Shown here in pieces: positions 12,046 to 25,300 of a stretch of DNA of 64,000 nt. The notes below the pieces were generated by a model. The model was given only the letters and a program-made list of their open reading frames with translations, did no database searches and had not been told where the DNA came from. The first letter of the stretch is position 1. The number at the start of each line of letters is the position of its first letter. Both the position numbers and the translations under genes were made by a program. Source of the DNA: Eledone cirrhosa (Eukaryota); the NCBI GenBank assembly GCA_964016885.1, contig CAXHJY010001034.1, forward strand, positions 20,207 through 84,206. Direction: 5' to 3'.

Positions 12046-12282
12046 GATCTAGGTTACCCAACAGAGATTGATAAAACTTCTGCCCGTGCCCATGTCGCAA
12101 CCGATTCGCCGCATCATGTCTGAGATATCTAGTTGCCCTATTTCCTGGTCGAGGCATCGTTGCCAAATCCCTGTGCTAATGGCAAGAGTTCCGTAAGTCT
12201 TACTAAGGGAACCACCTGCCAACTCACCACACCACACCTCCACTGGTATATACCTGCCGTATAGACACACTTAAAACTATTA

Positions 12283-12449
12283 ACTGTTTCTACTTTTGGC
12301 ACATTACTGGTACTTTATTTTATTGACCTCATAAGGATGAAAGGCAAAGTTAACCTCGGCGGGATTTGAACTGAGACCGTAAAGGGACGTAACTATGCTG
12401 GAAAGCATGGCGTCCGACTCTCTACCGATACTGCCAATCCACCGCCCCT
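12283..12449 (-). mobile_element. tRNA-derived SINE with a Deu/Nin-like central domain
   Basis: Reverse complement of the 12991-13176 family; A and B box-like motifs; GCCTTTCATCCT...AAATAAAGTACCAG. Confidence 0.8.
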
Positions 12450-12544
12450 TAAAACTATTAAGTGTCAACAGTGGGTTATATAGTATCAGTGTTTAGTCAT
12501 CTTAATGAATTAGTCGTAAAATCTCTCGCAGATACTGCACGCAT

Positions 12545-12782
<238 letters not shown>

Positions 12783-12990
12783 TAAACATACATAGATACA
12801 TACATACATACATGCATACACACATGCATACACACATACATACACACATATATACATTTATACATACGTATGCATATATGTATCTATGTGAATACATATA
12901 TGCATACGTACATACATACATACATGATGGCTGGAAACTCTGCTAAGAGTACTGCAATCTCTTGTCAGATTATAGTATTTGGCTACGGCT

Positions 12991-13176
12991 AAGGGCGTTG
13001 GATTGACAGTATCGGTAGAGGGTCGGACGCCATGCTTTCAAGCATAGTTACGTCCCTTTACGATCTGAGTTCAAATCCCGCCGAGGTTGACTTTGCCTTT
13101 CATCCTTACGGGGTCGATAAAATAAAGTACCAGTAATGCACTGGCTAATTGCTGGCCTTGTGCCTAAAGTAGAAAC
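12991..13176 (+). mobile_element. tRNA-derived SINE with a Deu/Nin-like domain
   Basis: A box-like TGGATTGACAGTATCGG, B box GAGTTCAAATCCC, GCCGAGGTTGACTTTGCCTTTCATCCTTACGGGGTCGATAAAATAAAGTACCAG. Confidence 0.82.
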
Positions 13177-13409
13177 GAGTATTTGGCTACGGCCAGTCAC
13201 ACAAACCTACAACAGATCCCGAACAAGGAATGCCTCTGCTTTGAAGGTTTTTTTAAGTGGAGAAAGGCCTTGCACTCGACCAATCCCACTCTCTGAGTAT
13301 CGAAAACACTACCCCAAAAGGAGAACTGGTCAACATCATTGGATGCTTCCGAAGCCACAGGTTTTTTCTCAGAGTATATACATACATATACTCATGCATA
13401 CACACATAC

Positions 13410-15565
13410 ATACATGGTGGCTGCCAACTCATTTTCGAGTACGGCCACTACTTTATATCCATGTAGGAGAACCCCTACCGAAGCGCTCAACGACTGTGAC
13501 TTTTTAGTCCAGCCAGCGACTTGAAAACTCTGGTACAAGCACTACACTTGTGCCGTGAAGCTTTTATAGTGAGCAAAGGCACTGCACAAAGCCAGTCCAA
13601 CCCAGTACAACCCAGTACATACATACATACATACATACATACATACATACATACATACATACATACATACATACATGGTGGCTGCCAACTTGTTTTCGAG
13701 TACGGCCACTACTTTATATCCATGTAGGAGAACCCCTACTGATGGGCTGAACGAGTGTGACTTTTTAGTCCAGCCAGCGACTTGAAAACTCTGGTACAAA
13801 CACTACACTTGTGACAATTATTGACACATAGTATTGGGCCCATGGCACCATGTGACGACAAGTGCAGAGAGATCTCCAGATATAAAGCAATGCCTGTGCC
13901 GTGAAGCTTTTATAGTGAGCAAAGGCACTGCACAAAGCCAGTCCCACTCTCTTAACCAAGATGATATTTACGAAAAAGAAGAACATGTCAACATCATTGG
14001 ATACCATCAGGGTTGCAGGTGTTATATCAGAGTTTTCCTTCTCCTAGAATTCTGCCTTGACAAAGGCTAAGGGGTCATCTCTCCCGGTGATTTTGGATGG
14101 CCATTGACTCTTAAGAGCTCCTTTGCTCTTTGACAGGTTTTGTTTTTAGTTCTGCAGGATGTCCAAAGTCATCCTCCTCACCAAGAAACCTTGGTGGGGT
14201 TGCCAGTTTAGTCGCCAACGACCCGACCATGAGACAGGTTGTACTGGGATACATGTTACCAGTAGCACCAACTGGTGACCTGACATACATACATACATAC
14301 ATACATACATACATACATACATACATGGTGGCTGCCAACTCGTTTTCGAGTACGGCCACTACTTTATATCCATGTAGGAGAACCCCTACCAATGCGCTAA
14401 ACGAGTGTGACTTTTTAGTCTAGCCAGCGACTTGAAAACTCTGGTACAAACACTACACTTGTGACAATTATTGACACATAGTGATGGGCCCATGGTACCA
14501 TGTGACGACAAGTGCAGAGAGATCTCTAGATATAAAGCAATGCCTGTGCCGTGAAGCTTTTATAGTGAGCAAAGGCACTGCACAAAACCAGTCCCACTCT
14601 CTTAACCAAGATGATATTTACGAAAAAGAAGAACATGTCAACATCATTGGATACCATCAGGGTTGCAGGTGTTATATCAGAGTTTTCCTTCTCCTAGAAT
14701 TCTGCCTTGACAAAGGCTAAGGGGTCATCTCTCCCGGTGATTTTGGATGGCCATTGACTCTTAAGAGCTCCTTTGCTCTTTGACAGGTTTTGTTTTTAGT
14801 TCTGCAGGATGTCCAAAGTCATCCTCCTCACCAAGAAACCTTGGTGGGGTTGCCAGTTTAGTCGCCAACGACCCGACCATGAGACAGGTTGTACTGGGAT
14901 ACATGTTACCAGTAGCACCAACTGGTGACCTGACATACATACATACATACATACATGGTGGCTGCCAACTCGTTTTCGAGTACGGCCACTACTTTATATC
15001 CATGTAGGAGAACCCCTACCAATGCGCTAAACGAGTGTGACTTTTTAGTCTAGCCAGCGACTTGAAAACTCTGGTACAAACACTACACTTGTGACAATTA
15101 TTGACACATAGTGATGGGCCCATGGTACCATGTGACGACAAGTGCAGAGAGATCTCCCGATACAAAGCAATGCCTGTGCCGTGAAGCTTTTATAGTGAGC
15201 AAAGGCACTGCACTAAGCCAGTCCCACTCTCTTAACCAAGATGATATTTACCAAAAAGAAGAACAAGTCAACATCATTGGATACCATCAGGGTTGCAGGT
15301 GTTATATCAGAGTTTTCCTTCTCCTAGAATTCTGCCTTGACAAAGGCTAAGGGGTCATCTCTCCCGGTGATTTTGGATGGCCATTGACTCTTAAGAGCTC
15401 CTTTGCCCTTTGACAGGTTTTGTTTTTAGTCCTGCAGGATGTCCAAAGTCACCCTCCTCACCAAGAAACCTTGGTGGGGTTGCCAGTTTAGTCGCCAACG
15501 ACCCGACCATGAGACAGGTTGTACTGGGATACATGTTACCAGTAGCACCAACTGGTGACCTGACA
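13410..15565 (-). mobile_element. Head-to-tail array of a ~610-bp bipartite non-autonomous RTE derivative (full units 13675-14285, 14325-14935, 14955-15565; partial 13410-13615)
   Basis: Each unit has the RTE 5'UTR-like motif CTAGGAGAAGGAAAACTCTGA, a zinc-finger remnant ([10 protein letters not shown]) and a 3' stem-loop plus (TATG)n tail; no RT. Confidence 0.75.
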
Positions 15566-15593
15566 TATATACATACATACATACATACATACA

Positions 15594-16345
15594 TAAACAT
15601 CGTTTTACCTCAGCTTTTCCACGTTAGCAAGGTTTGGACGAGATTTTTCCAATACAGCATCCCTTCACTCATTGACGTCCTTCGCCATCTCCTCTTTGAA
15701 CTTCAGTCGTTTAAGATCATTTCCCTCTTCCACTACCCGGGTCTTCCTTCAACTCCCTCTACTATAGCTCCCTTCCACTGGGATTTATTGGTACTTCTTC
15801 AACCAACGATTATCTCTATACCTCACATGTCCCCACCAGCGCAGTCTTCACTCCTGCACAGGTATACGAGCTTTTCTCTCTGCTCATCCATGCTTTGTCG
15901 TTCAAGCATGTTAAGATTGCACATCCAGCGAAGCATGCTTACTACATTTCTCTCCAGCCACCATATATCCTCTGTCTTCACTACCCATGTTTCATTGCCA
16001 TGCAACGCACGCAGGCCACATACAGCCAGCCTTTTGTTCATAGTGAGAAACCTTTTGTTGTCAACAGAGTTAGTAGCTCCCTGGACATTTTTTCCATTGT
16101 TCTTATTCTACCTACTATGCTCTCAAAGCAACCCCCTTTACTGCTAATTAGAGCACCTAGGTAATAGTAGCTATCAACTACATCTATGGATCCTTAACGG
16201 GATTGGAAAATGTTTATTTCACTGATGCTTTTATCATTGTACATCTACTATCCTTGTAGATCTGTCACATACAAAGTGTATCTCTTCTTTTAGTCTGCCT
16301 GCTATCCCACTACACATCTTGTGTACACAAGATTTACATTGTGTG
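15594..16345 (-). mobile_element. Old RTE (PHD-type) 3' fragment
   Basis: LHGNETW...MLRWMCN; PHD half at ~16260-16345; 3' end similar to 2375-2426. Confidence 0.8.
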
Positions 16346-16550
16346 TGTTATCTATGTAGCTATGTCAGCACAATGGTTAAACACCTAAATATTCTAAGGC
16401 AAAGGTGAAAGAATACAGTCTCTGTTGCACATTTTGTGGATGAAGGATGCGGTTTGGTTTTCTAAAGTAGAGCAGGTTTAGTGTTTCCCAGAAGAAAAAA
16501 AACACACTCATGCACGGAAAACGACGAGACTTACTTTGACTTAGAAGCTC

Positions 16551-17251
16551 CCATGTCTTGAGACACATGTAGCAGCCAAAGTGCTCCAATGACCACGGTC
16601 AGTTGTATCTATCAATATATCCATGTCTTGAGACACATGTAGCAGCCAAAGTGCTCCAATGACCACGGTCAGTTGTATCTATCAATATATCCATGTCTTG
16701 AGACACATGTAGCAGCCAAAGTGCTCCAATGACCACGGTCAGTTGTATCTATCAATATATCCATGTCTTGAGACACATGTAGCAGCCAAAGTGCTCCAAT
16801 GACCACGGTCAGTTGTATCTATCAATATATCCATGTCTTGAGACACATGTAGCAGCCAAAGTGCTCCAATGACCACGGTCAGTTGTATCTATCAATATAT
16901 CCCATACCTTGAGACACATGTAGCAGCCAAAGTGCTCCAATGACCACGGTCAGTTGTATCTATCAATATATCCCATACCTTGAGACACATGAGGCAGCCA
17001 AAGTGATCCAATGCCCATGGTCAGTTACACCTATCAATATATCCCATGTCTTGAGACACATGAGGCAGCCAAAGTGCTCCAATGACCACAGTCAGTTACA
17101 TCTATCAATATATCCTACATGTTCAGACACATGAGGCAGCCAAAGTGCTCCAATGACCACGGTCAGTTACACCTATCAATATATCCTACATGTTCAGACA
17201 CATGGGGCAGCTAAAGTGCTCCAATGACCACCACAGTCAGTTACATCTATC
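16551..17251. repeat. 70/71-bp minisatellite, about 10 copies
   Basis: Unit CCATGTCTTGAGACACATGTAGCAGCCAAAGTGCTCCAATGACCACGGTCAGTTGTATCTATCAATATAT; first 5 copies identical, later copies diverge. Confidence 0.95.
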
Positions 17252-17289
17252 AGAAGATCAATCCAACTTTTGTTGACAGATTTCAGGTC

Positions 17290-17400
17290 CCTGTCGATTG
17301 CCTGCTGCCAGTTCATCTTGGGACGTCCTCTTCGCCTCTTTCCATTGGGTTGGAGTGCGTGTACCACTACAGGCCCTCATTAGCATGTATCTCACTCTCA
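17290..17400 (-). mobile_element. Short RTE ORF2 C-terminal remnant
   Basis: Translates LQPNGKRRRGRPKMNW. Confidence 0.55.
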
Positions 17401-17484
17401 TTTGGGAGCCATGTGACGTGTACGTGATTATTTGATATAGAGTGATTTCGTTGGAGTCAGTGTTTGTTCATATATTAGTTTCTG

Positions 17485-17692
17485 ATTTAGACACAAGGAC
17501 AATAATTTTAGGAGGAGGGAAAGTCGATTAAATCGACCCCAGTGCATTACTGGTGTTTTATTTTATCGGCCCCGTAAGGATGAAAGATAAAGCTATTCTC
17601 GGCAGGATTTGAACTCAGATGGTAAAGGGGCATAACTCAACGCCATAAAGCTTCTTGCTCAATGCTCCACCGATTACTGCCAGCCCACCACC
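17485..17692 (-). mobile_element. tRNA-derived SINE (diverged)
   Basis: Reverse complement similar to 12991-13176 (GAGTTCAAATCC, CTTTCATCCTTACGGG.CGATAAAATAAA). Confidence 0.75.
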
Positions 17693-17813
17693 CTTGTATT
17701 TGTTCATATATTGGGACTTATATTTGTAAGTATACATGTTTAGGTTCGTATTGGTATTTGTACTAGCATTTGTGTTTGTATATATGTTTGTATATATATA
17801 TATATATATATAT

Positions 17814-18007
17814 AACGAACGAAACGTGGTAAGGAACCAGGTGGACCATAACGCACCAAAGTACTCAATACTTAGGGTAGTAGAGTGGGTAATAGGAACG
17901 AGTAGGACCCTGACGGCTGAGCTCAAGCCGTTTCGATGGCTAATTCTGGACTGATTTAGCCGTCGAAACGGCTTGAGCTCAGCCGTCGGGATCCTACTAG
18001 TTCCTAT
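17814..18007 (-). mobile_element. PLE pLTR remnant folded back within hammerhead stem II
   Basis: Arms 17892-17943 / 17956-18007; GAAA-CGGC-TTGAGCTCA-GCCG-TC half ribozyme; TATTGAGTAC motif; TA flanks. Confidence 0.65.
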
Positions 18008-18017
18008 ATATATATAT

Positions 18018-18285
18018 GTCAGCTCAAAAGTGACACAGGGGAGACTGTGGTTAGGTGGACATCCTCACCGACATCCAGAGTTGACACTGCACTCAGTGCT
18101 CCTGTGGGAGCCCCTGCATGGGCACACTGGGTAGGAAGACCAAGGTTAACGTATGTTGATGCCCTGAGGACAGACACTGGTCTGTTGGAGATGCAGGACA
18201 TGGCAGCGATAATCAGGGACAGAGACCAATGGAGAGAACTCGTCCATGGATCTCGGGAATTTTACCCGCCATAGATAGATAGATA
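18018..18285 (+). mobile_element. RTE 3' fragment, same family as 54-510
   Basis: Near-identical C-terminus ...RELVHGSREFYPP* plus (TAGA)n. Confidence 0.85.
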
Positions 18286-18546
18286 TATTTGTATCTATAT
18301 TTGTGTCTATGAGGATATTTCTGTTTGTTAACATTTCGGGCATGCCTCTATAGTTACATAAAAAAAGGGATTCGTTGTGGGGTTCTTCAGAACACCGGCC
18401 CCCCCCCCTGTTGTACTCAACTTTCGTTTATTCCTTTATAGCAAAGTCTATTGTATACATGTGTGGTACCGTAACTCTTGATGGAGTCCTAGGGGCACTT
18501 TAGTAGCATAGGGCATTTTAAGCCAGACAGAGCCCACCCTTCTCCA

Positions 18547-18730
18547 GCGGTGGATTGGCAGTATCGGTAGAGGGTCGGACGCCATGCTTTCCAGCATAGT
18601 TACGTCCCTTTACGATCTGAGTTCAAATCCCGCCGAGGTTGACTTTGCCTTTCATCCTTACGGGGTCGATAAAATAAAGTACCAGTAATGCACTGGGTAA
18701 TTGCTGGCCTTATGCCTAAAGTAGAAACAA
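18547..18730 (+). mobile_element. tRNA-derived SINE, very similar to 12991-13176
   Basis: Near-identical sequence. Confidence 0.82.
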
Positions 18731-19807
18731 TTATGAAGTATAAAATAATTTCGTCTCACTTTGGTGTCCTGGTCACTGACACAACTACATCTGTAGAAAA
18801 TCAACCTGTCTCTCAGTCAATGTCTATTTTTCTTTCTCCTCCCCCCTCTCTCTCTCTCTCCAAATCTCCCCTTCCTCCTGCACTCTACTTAGCTCTTTCT
18901 CTCATTACCCCTCTCTCTCTCTCGCTACCCCCCTCTCTCTCTCGCTATCTCTCTTTTTCTCGCTACCACTTTCTCTCTCGTCAACGCTCATCTTGAAAGA
19001 ATTTAGTCTATTAAATCGAACCAGGATTTTTTTGTTCAAGTCTAGTACTTATTTTATCGATCTCCTTTTGTCGAACCAATAAGTTAGAAGACAAAAATGT
19101 TTTTAATTTTATTTTTACTTTAGTTCGATTTATATTTTTGGCAACTATGCCTTTGTTCTTTACTTTATTAGCCTATTTGAGATTTTTAGCTTGTATTAAA
19201 CTTTTGAATTTCCCGCCACCGTGTCCCCGCCCCTGACGGCCAGTTTTTCACCGCCATACCAGGATTTTACCAGGATTTTACACCACGGATCCATCGCTCC
19301 AGTTATCCAACCTGCAACACTCAGAATCTCCAACAACTGGTCTCACAGTCCGTGGAAAAACCCCAGGAACACACAAACACTTAAACTGTTTTCGCACCAT
19401 GCCTCCATACATCCACACCACATATAAACACACACACACACGTGCGTATCCTCACATACACACACTCAGCCTCCGGACTCCACACGCCCCCTCTCCCCCA
19501 CCCCCTCTGACCCCTCTCCATCCACACGCACACACACACACTCAGACTTACACCACACCCCATGTACACACCGGTTTCCCTATTACCCGAACATGGAACC
19601 TCGTTCTTCCCCCAACTCTCACATTCACACACACCTTCAGCACCTCACGCCCAGACACCCCGTCTCCCTCTCCCCTCTCTACCACCTCCACCCACCACCA
19701 CCCCTACACGCCTCCCACCCTTTCACCACTTGTTTCTTTTTAATTTTAATTTTTTTTACTCTCTAATAAAATGTTTTTCCTCCCTTTTCTCTCCGCCCAC
19801 TTTTCTC

Positions 19808-19833
19808 CTGATGAAGGGCTTATGCCCGAAACG
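19808..19833 (+). ncRNA. Truncated hammerhead core in a probable old PLE remnant (~19200-19935)
   Basis: CTGATGA-A-GGGC(ttat)GCCC-GAAACG; stem III and cleavage site absent. Confidence 0.5.
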
Positions 19834-19932
19834 CCCCCCAACCCCCACTCTCAAGCGTGAAACTAATACTAACATTTGTACTGCCTCTTCGCTTCCTCGT
19901 TTTTTTTTGTTTTCTGTTTACTGTCTCAACTT

Positions 19933-20010
<78 letters not shown>

Positions 20011-20039
20011 CTATACACACACACACACACACGATAACA

Positions 20040-22348
20040 ACTAACATTGCTGCAATCAAATGTGGCTTTTTAGCCCAGCCAATTATCTAAAATGTCTTGC
20101 ACAGAGTTGGCAACCAAAACATTCGCTGGGAATAGTCGGCTGTGGTTGGAGTTCATGTACTTTTGCATGTCGCTTGAGCCCTCCTGCTGATTTACATTCT
20201 CTACCACATGTTTGGCAAGCATGATGAGTAGCATCTCCAACAGCAGCCTGGTAGTCAACCACTGGTAGTCAACCACTGGTCTTACTTTATGACTGCGAAG
20301 ATGACTTTTGAGTCCAGCTTTGCTTAGGCAGAGTCTCGCACAGACGCTGCATGTCAGCACCATAGGAGGACCCTCTCCGTCTGGAAGTGCAACAGCAATG
20401 CCCTTCCTCACACCCCGCTTTACTTTCTCGTATGCGATTCGAGATGCCTCAAAGGCAACTTTCCCCTCATATACAACCTTTCTCCATTTATTACGATCAG
20501 CAGCAACATTTTCCCATGTCAGCAGAGATGTTAGCGTTTTTCAAAGTGGCTTTCAAGGAATCCTTATACCTCTTTTTTGGTTTATGTGGATGTCGTTTTC
20601 CTTTAACCAACTCTCCATAAAAGAGTTGTTTTTGGTATTCTAGAATCCTTCATCCTGGCAAGGTGACCACTCCAACGGCGTCTTTGCTTAAGCACAAGAG
20701 CTTCTATACTGTCACACTTTCCAAAATCTTGACTACACTGATGTTGTCCCTCCAGTGAACGCCATGGATCCATCTGAAACACATCTGATGGAAACGCGCC
20801 AATTGTTTAAGGTGGTGTCGATATGTGACCCAGGTCTCGCAGGAATAAAGAAGAGAGCACACATACCTTGTACACCTTTACCTTTGTCTTCTTGCATATG
20901 TCGCGCTGACCCCAGAGTCGCCTTTCTAACTTTCCGAAAGCATCACTTGCTTTCCTAATCCTGAATGGAATTTCATTATCAAGATTGCTGCATCGATTGA
21001 CAGTGATTACCATGTAGACAAACTGATCAACCACTCCAAGTCGTTTACCATACACATAGATATTTGGCTCACTGTACTGCTTACCAGGGGAAGGTTAGTA
21101 CATGACGACGGTTTTCTTGAGACTGACAGTCAATCCTAGGGCAGTACAAGCATCAGAAAATGCATTCAAAATGTGCTGCATATCACTCTCTGTGTGCGCT
21201 ACAAGATCGTAATCATCTGCATACAAGAGGTCTCTTATGATTGATGTAAATACTTTTGTTTTGCAGCAAAGCGCCTGATGTTAAATATGCTGCCTGAGGT
21301 TCGATATTGGATGTAAACACCATGCTAGCAATTCCTGAATGCAATATAGAAAACCATTGCAAAGTATATGGCAAACAGAGTCGGTGCTGGAATATGCCCC
21401 TGTTCCACTCCATTTTTTACTGAGATAGGCTCCGACATGTTATCTCTGACATTAACCCAAGCCTTCATGTCGTAATGGAAAGACCTAACCAAAGCAAGGA
21501 ACTTATCAGGGCAACCAAGTTTCTGCAGAACCTTCCACAATGCATTTCTGTTAACAGCATCGAAAGCTTTTGTCAGATCGACAAAAACCTGATGCAGATC
21601 CGAACCTTGTTCCATGCACTTCTCCTGGAGCTGTCTAGCTGAGAAGATCAGATCAGTAGTGCCGTGTCTAACACGAAAACCAGATTGACTTTCAGGAAGA
21701 ACACAATCTGCAATGTGTGTCAGAAGACGGTCCAGAAGTACCCTACATAAATGTTTTTCCTACGACAGAAAGCAATGATATATCTCTATAGTTTCCACAA
21801 TCGTTCTTGTTACCCTTTCCCTTGTACAAGACCACCATTACTGCATCTCTCCAGTCCTCAGGTACGGATTCACTAGCCCATATCCTGCCAACCAAAGCGT
21901 GAAGATATTACAGAAGTCTCTCACCACCATATTGCAGGAGATCTGCATGTATGCCATCCATACCTGGAGACCTTCTACTTTCAGCTTCGAGATAGCTACT
22001 GCAACCTCCACAAGCGTCGGTGGTTCTGCGAGAGCTACTTTCACAGGTTTTTCTGGAATGAGATTGAGGAAATCTTCATTGACGACAGACGGCTGATTCA
22101 AAAGTTCATCAAAGTGCTCTCGCCACCTTCGTAGAATTCCCTGTGAGTCACGAAGAAGTTCTTTGCAATCCTTGCTGCGAAGCGGTGTCACCAGAGAAGA
22201 AGACGGTCCAGAAACTTCATGCAAGAGACTGTACAGCAGCTTTGTGTTATTGGAATCGGATTCAGCTTGTATCTCATCAGCCTTTTCACTCCACCTCTTA
22301 TCCTTCATCTGAGAAAGACGCCGCCTAACACGTGATTTCACATCCTTG
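20040..22348 (-). mobile_element. Decayed RTE (BovB-like) LINE with C-terminal C2H2 fingers
   Basis: RWREHF, FVDLTKAFD, YADD-like, C2H2 motifs (CLSKAGLKSHLRSH); many frameshifts. Confidence 0.9.
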
Positions 22349-22349
22349 A

Positions 22350-25300
22350 AAAGCAAAAACAGAGGATGTAACAAAAAAAGAAACAATGAAAAATTCCCCA
22401 ATAGAGGGAAACTTCCGAGGGCCATTCGTGGAGAAAGCCCATTAAAAAAGCCCCGGTGACCCTGACCACCAGGTCAAGTGCCCTCTCCCAGTTTTCCACC
22501 TTCAATTTACAGGCGCATACTCAGAGTAGGCCCATTTTCTGGGGCCATGCTTGCCTCTCTCACCCATCTTTCAACAAAATGCTGGGAAGTGAGTAGTTCC
22601 CTTTCTACCCTGATTTTCCTTTTCAAATGAAATTTGAAAAAGTTAATCGGGCCATCACCGAAGAGGTAAGTACTCGTCTTCAGCCCTTTCAAACGCGTCC
22701 ACCATACTATCTCTTTCGCCATGGCTACCAAACAGATAAAAACTGCCTGCCCTTCCCGGCTAAAGGAAGAGGGCGGGTCACTCCTTACGATGGACTCAGC
22801 TGATAGCTGGATGCGTCCTACACGCGACAGCAGGTGTTCGACATAAACCCACAAGTCAGCAATGCTCGGACACTGGACGAGTGCGCGCAGGACGGTTTCG
22901 TCGCCCTGCGCGCATCTCGGTCATGTCCGGCTGACGGCACCTCCATGCCTGGCAAAACTCCTTGGTAGCACTGCCAGGCCAGGGATTTCTGGAAGTTGTC
23001 CATAGGCCCCGGCCCGAAAGTTCTCCTGAACAGATTGGCTAGTTGATTTTCGTCGACGCCTAGAGTCTCCCCAAGTATGTCGTCGCTCTTTCCCTCCACT
23101 AATCCTCTTTAGAATGCCGAGGTGGAGTTTCCACCGATCGCATTGCCCGACTGGTCGAGGGCTGTGAGGGCCTGAAGACATTCCAGTCTCCAAGCGCTCC
23201 CTCTCGGTCTTCGCTTGACCCAGGACTGCAGCTCTGTTAAGGAGACGAGCTGGGGAAACACGCGTCTAGCAAACGGCGACCACGACTGATCACCGTCGAG
23301 GAAGAGGTGGAGATGTTGTAGCCTGAGCGCGTGTGTGCGCATCATCAGCCACGGCATGGCCAGCCATCCACGTAGCGGGTGTTGACAGCAGATGGACTGC
23401 CTGACCATCAGAGCGCGCCCCTTCCACAAAAAGTGAAAGAGCAAACGCTCCAGCGCAGTCAGGCGGGGCTTAGTACAAGGCACGACGGTCAGGCGGTAGT
23501 AGATGACAGACGCGATGTACGCATTCGCCACCTCCACTCGACCTTTCAGGGATAGCTTCCTCTCTGCCCATTTCTGGGTGAGAGAAGCCATCCTGCTCGT
23601 CAACTCGTCCCAGTTTTTGTCCGTCTGGAGGTCTAGACCGAAACAGACCCCTAGGAATTTAATCAGTCCGTCCGTCCAGCGCCCGACGACGCTGTTGGAC
23701 GGCATGGACCTGCCTCTCCAGGTGCCGAGCTGCAGGCCCACCGACTTTTACTGGTTGATCATTGCTCCTGTCACCGCCTCGTATTCTCTTAGTGTAGTGC
23801 CGATTGCCTCGATGTGTTTGGCGTTCGACACCACTACGATGACATCGTCTGCATATGCTGACACGGTTATTCTGCATCCCAGTTCGCGCGGGACCCCCCT
23901 CAACGGCTCCAGTTTGTGCAGTAGTGGGTCGAGAGTCAATACGTACAACAGGGACGAGAGGGGACATCCTTGGCGGAACGAGCGCATGATGTTGAACAGT
24001 TCCGAAAGGTGACCGTTCACTCTCACCACAGAGCAGATGTTGTGCATGGCAACGATCCAGCCTCTGAAGACGGGCTAAAGCCAGCCGCCCTCAGGACTGT
24101 CGCCAGATAACGATGGTCGACCCTATCGAAAGCTTTCGACTGATCTAAATTGATCAAAGACCCACCCATGGATCTGTCTGGGATGGCGTATGCCTGCGCC
24201 TCTCCCACCAGACAATCAACGACAAGCGCCAACCTCTTTGCTTGTACCTTGGCCAAAATCTTGAACTCTGTGTTTAGCAGAGTTATGGGCCTGAAATTAT
24301 CTATGTTATCCCCCTTGTTCGGATGCTTTCTCAGCAGTGCCATTGCTCCTCGGCTCACAGAGCTAGGAATTCTCCCGTTCTGTCGCCAGTTGCAGTAGAC
24401 GTCCGCCAAGAGGTCTCCGAACAAGTCTGGCATGTGTACGTAAAGTTCGAAGGACAGACCATCCAAACAAGGCGATTTACCCCTTTTGCAGCCAGTCATT
24501 GCCTCCCGTCATTCAGCGCTGTTATCGGCTTTTCGCAACACTCCACCTCAGTGGCCGAGAGCCGCGGCAGTCCGTCGAGGTAGGTGCTAAAGTCCATCCC
24601 GCGATCCGTCCCGCCGCTGCCCCCGAAAGCTGGGCGAAATGTCGCTGAAAAGCTTCACATATTTGCTCGGGATCGAGTAGCATACGCCCGTCGTGGTCCA
24701 CCAAAAACCGGATCGTGGCTTTGTTGCCACGACGCGCCTCCGCCACTCGAACGGCTTTCGTGCCCTCGTGTCTGACAGCACGCAGCCTACTCTGACAACG
24801 CAGAGAAGAATTTTGAATTGTGGACAGCCTATGCTAGACCTATCTATGTCCCTACAACATAGCCTATCTAGATATGATCTGGATGACCTGATGCGGTTTG
24901 TCCATGTTCACATTGACATATTCGGGAAATCCAGACGGTACTTGTCAGACAGTTGAAACCGTCTGAGCAGGTTTGCGGGGCTTTTACACCCTCCTCCCCT
25001 ATCCACTAATCCCACACAGCCCCAGCGTGCATCTAAGATCCCGTTCCAGTCGTCCACTAACACTGAAGAGCGGGACGTTCCAAGAAAGGTCTCCAGACGC
25101 CAGAAGAAATCAGGCCGCCCTGCTCCTGGCGGGGCATAGACGGCCACTAGCCTGAAATCTTAACCGTCTCCGCTGGTCGCGTTCAGCACCACCAACTTAC
25201 CTTCTAGGTCCAGGAAGATGGCCCGTATGACGAGATCCAAGCCTCTCCGAAAAAGCACAGCAACTTCTCCCCCCGATTCTGGACGGCTGGGAGATCCGTA

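Noticed and set aside
12991-13090. tRNA gene
   Set aside because: A and B boxes are present but there is no cloverleaf, and it continues into a SINE body with multiple copies in the window.
14195-14285. HDV-like ribozyme at the 5' end of the non-autonomous RTE unit
   Set aside because: P2-, P3- and P4-like pieces are visible but I could not place a full P1 by eye; needs an RNArobo or Infernal search.
16551-17251. 70-bp array as CRISPR or a functional RNA array
   Set aside because: Plain tandem minisatellite with polar divergence; no spacers or recognisable motif.
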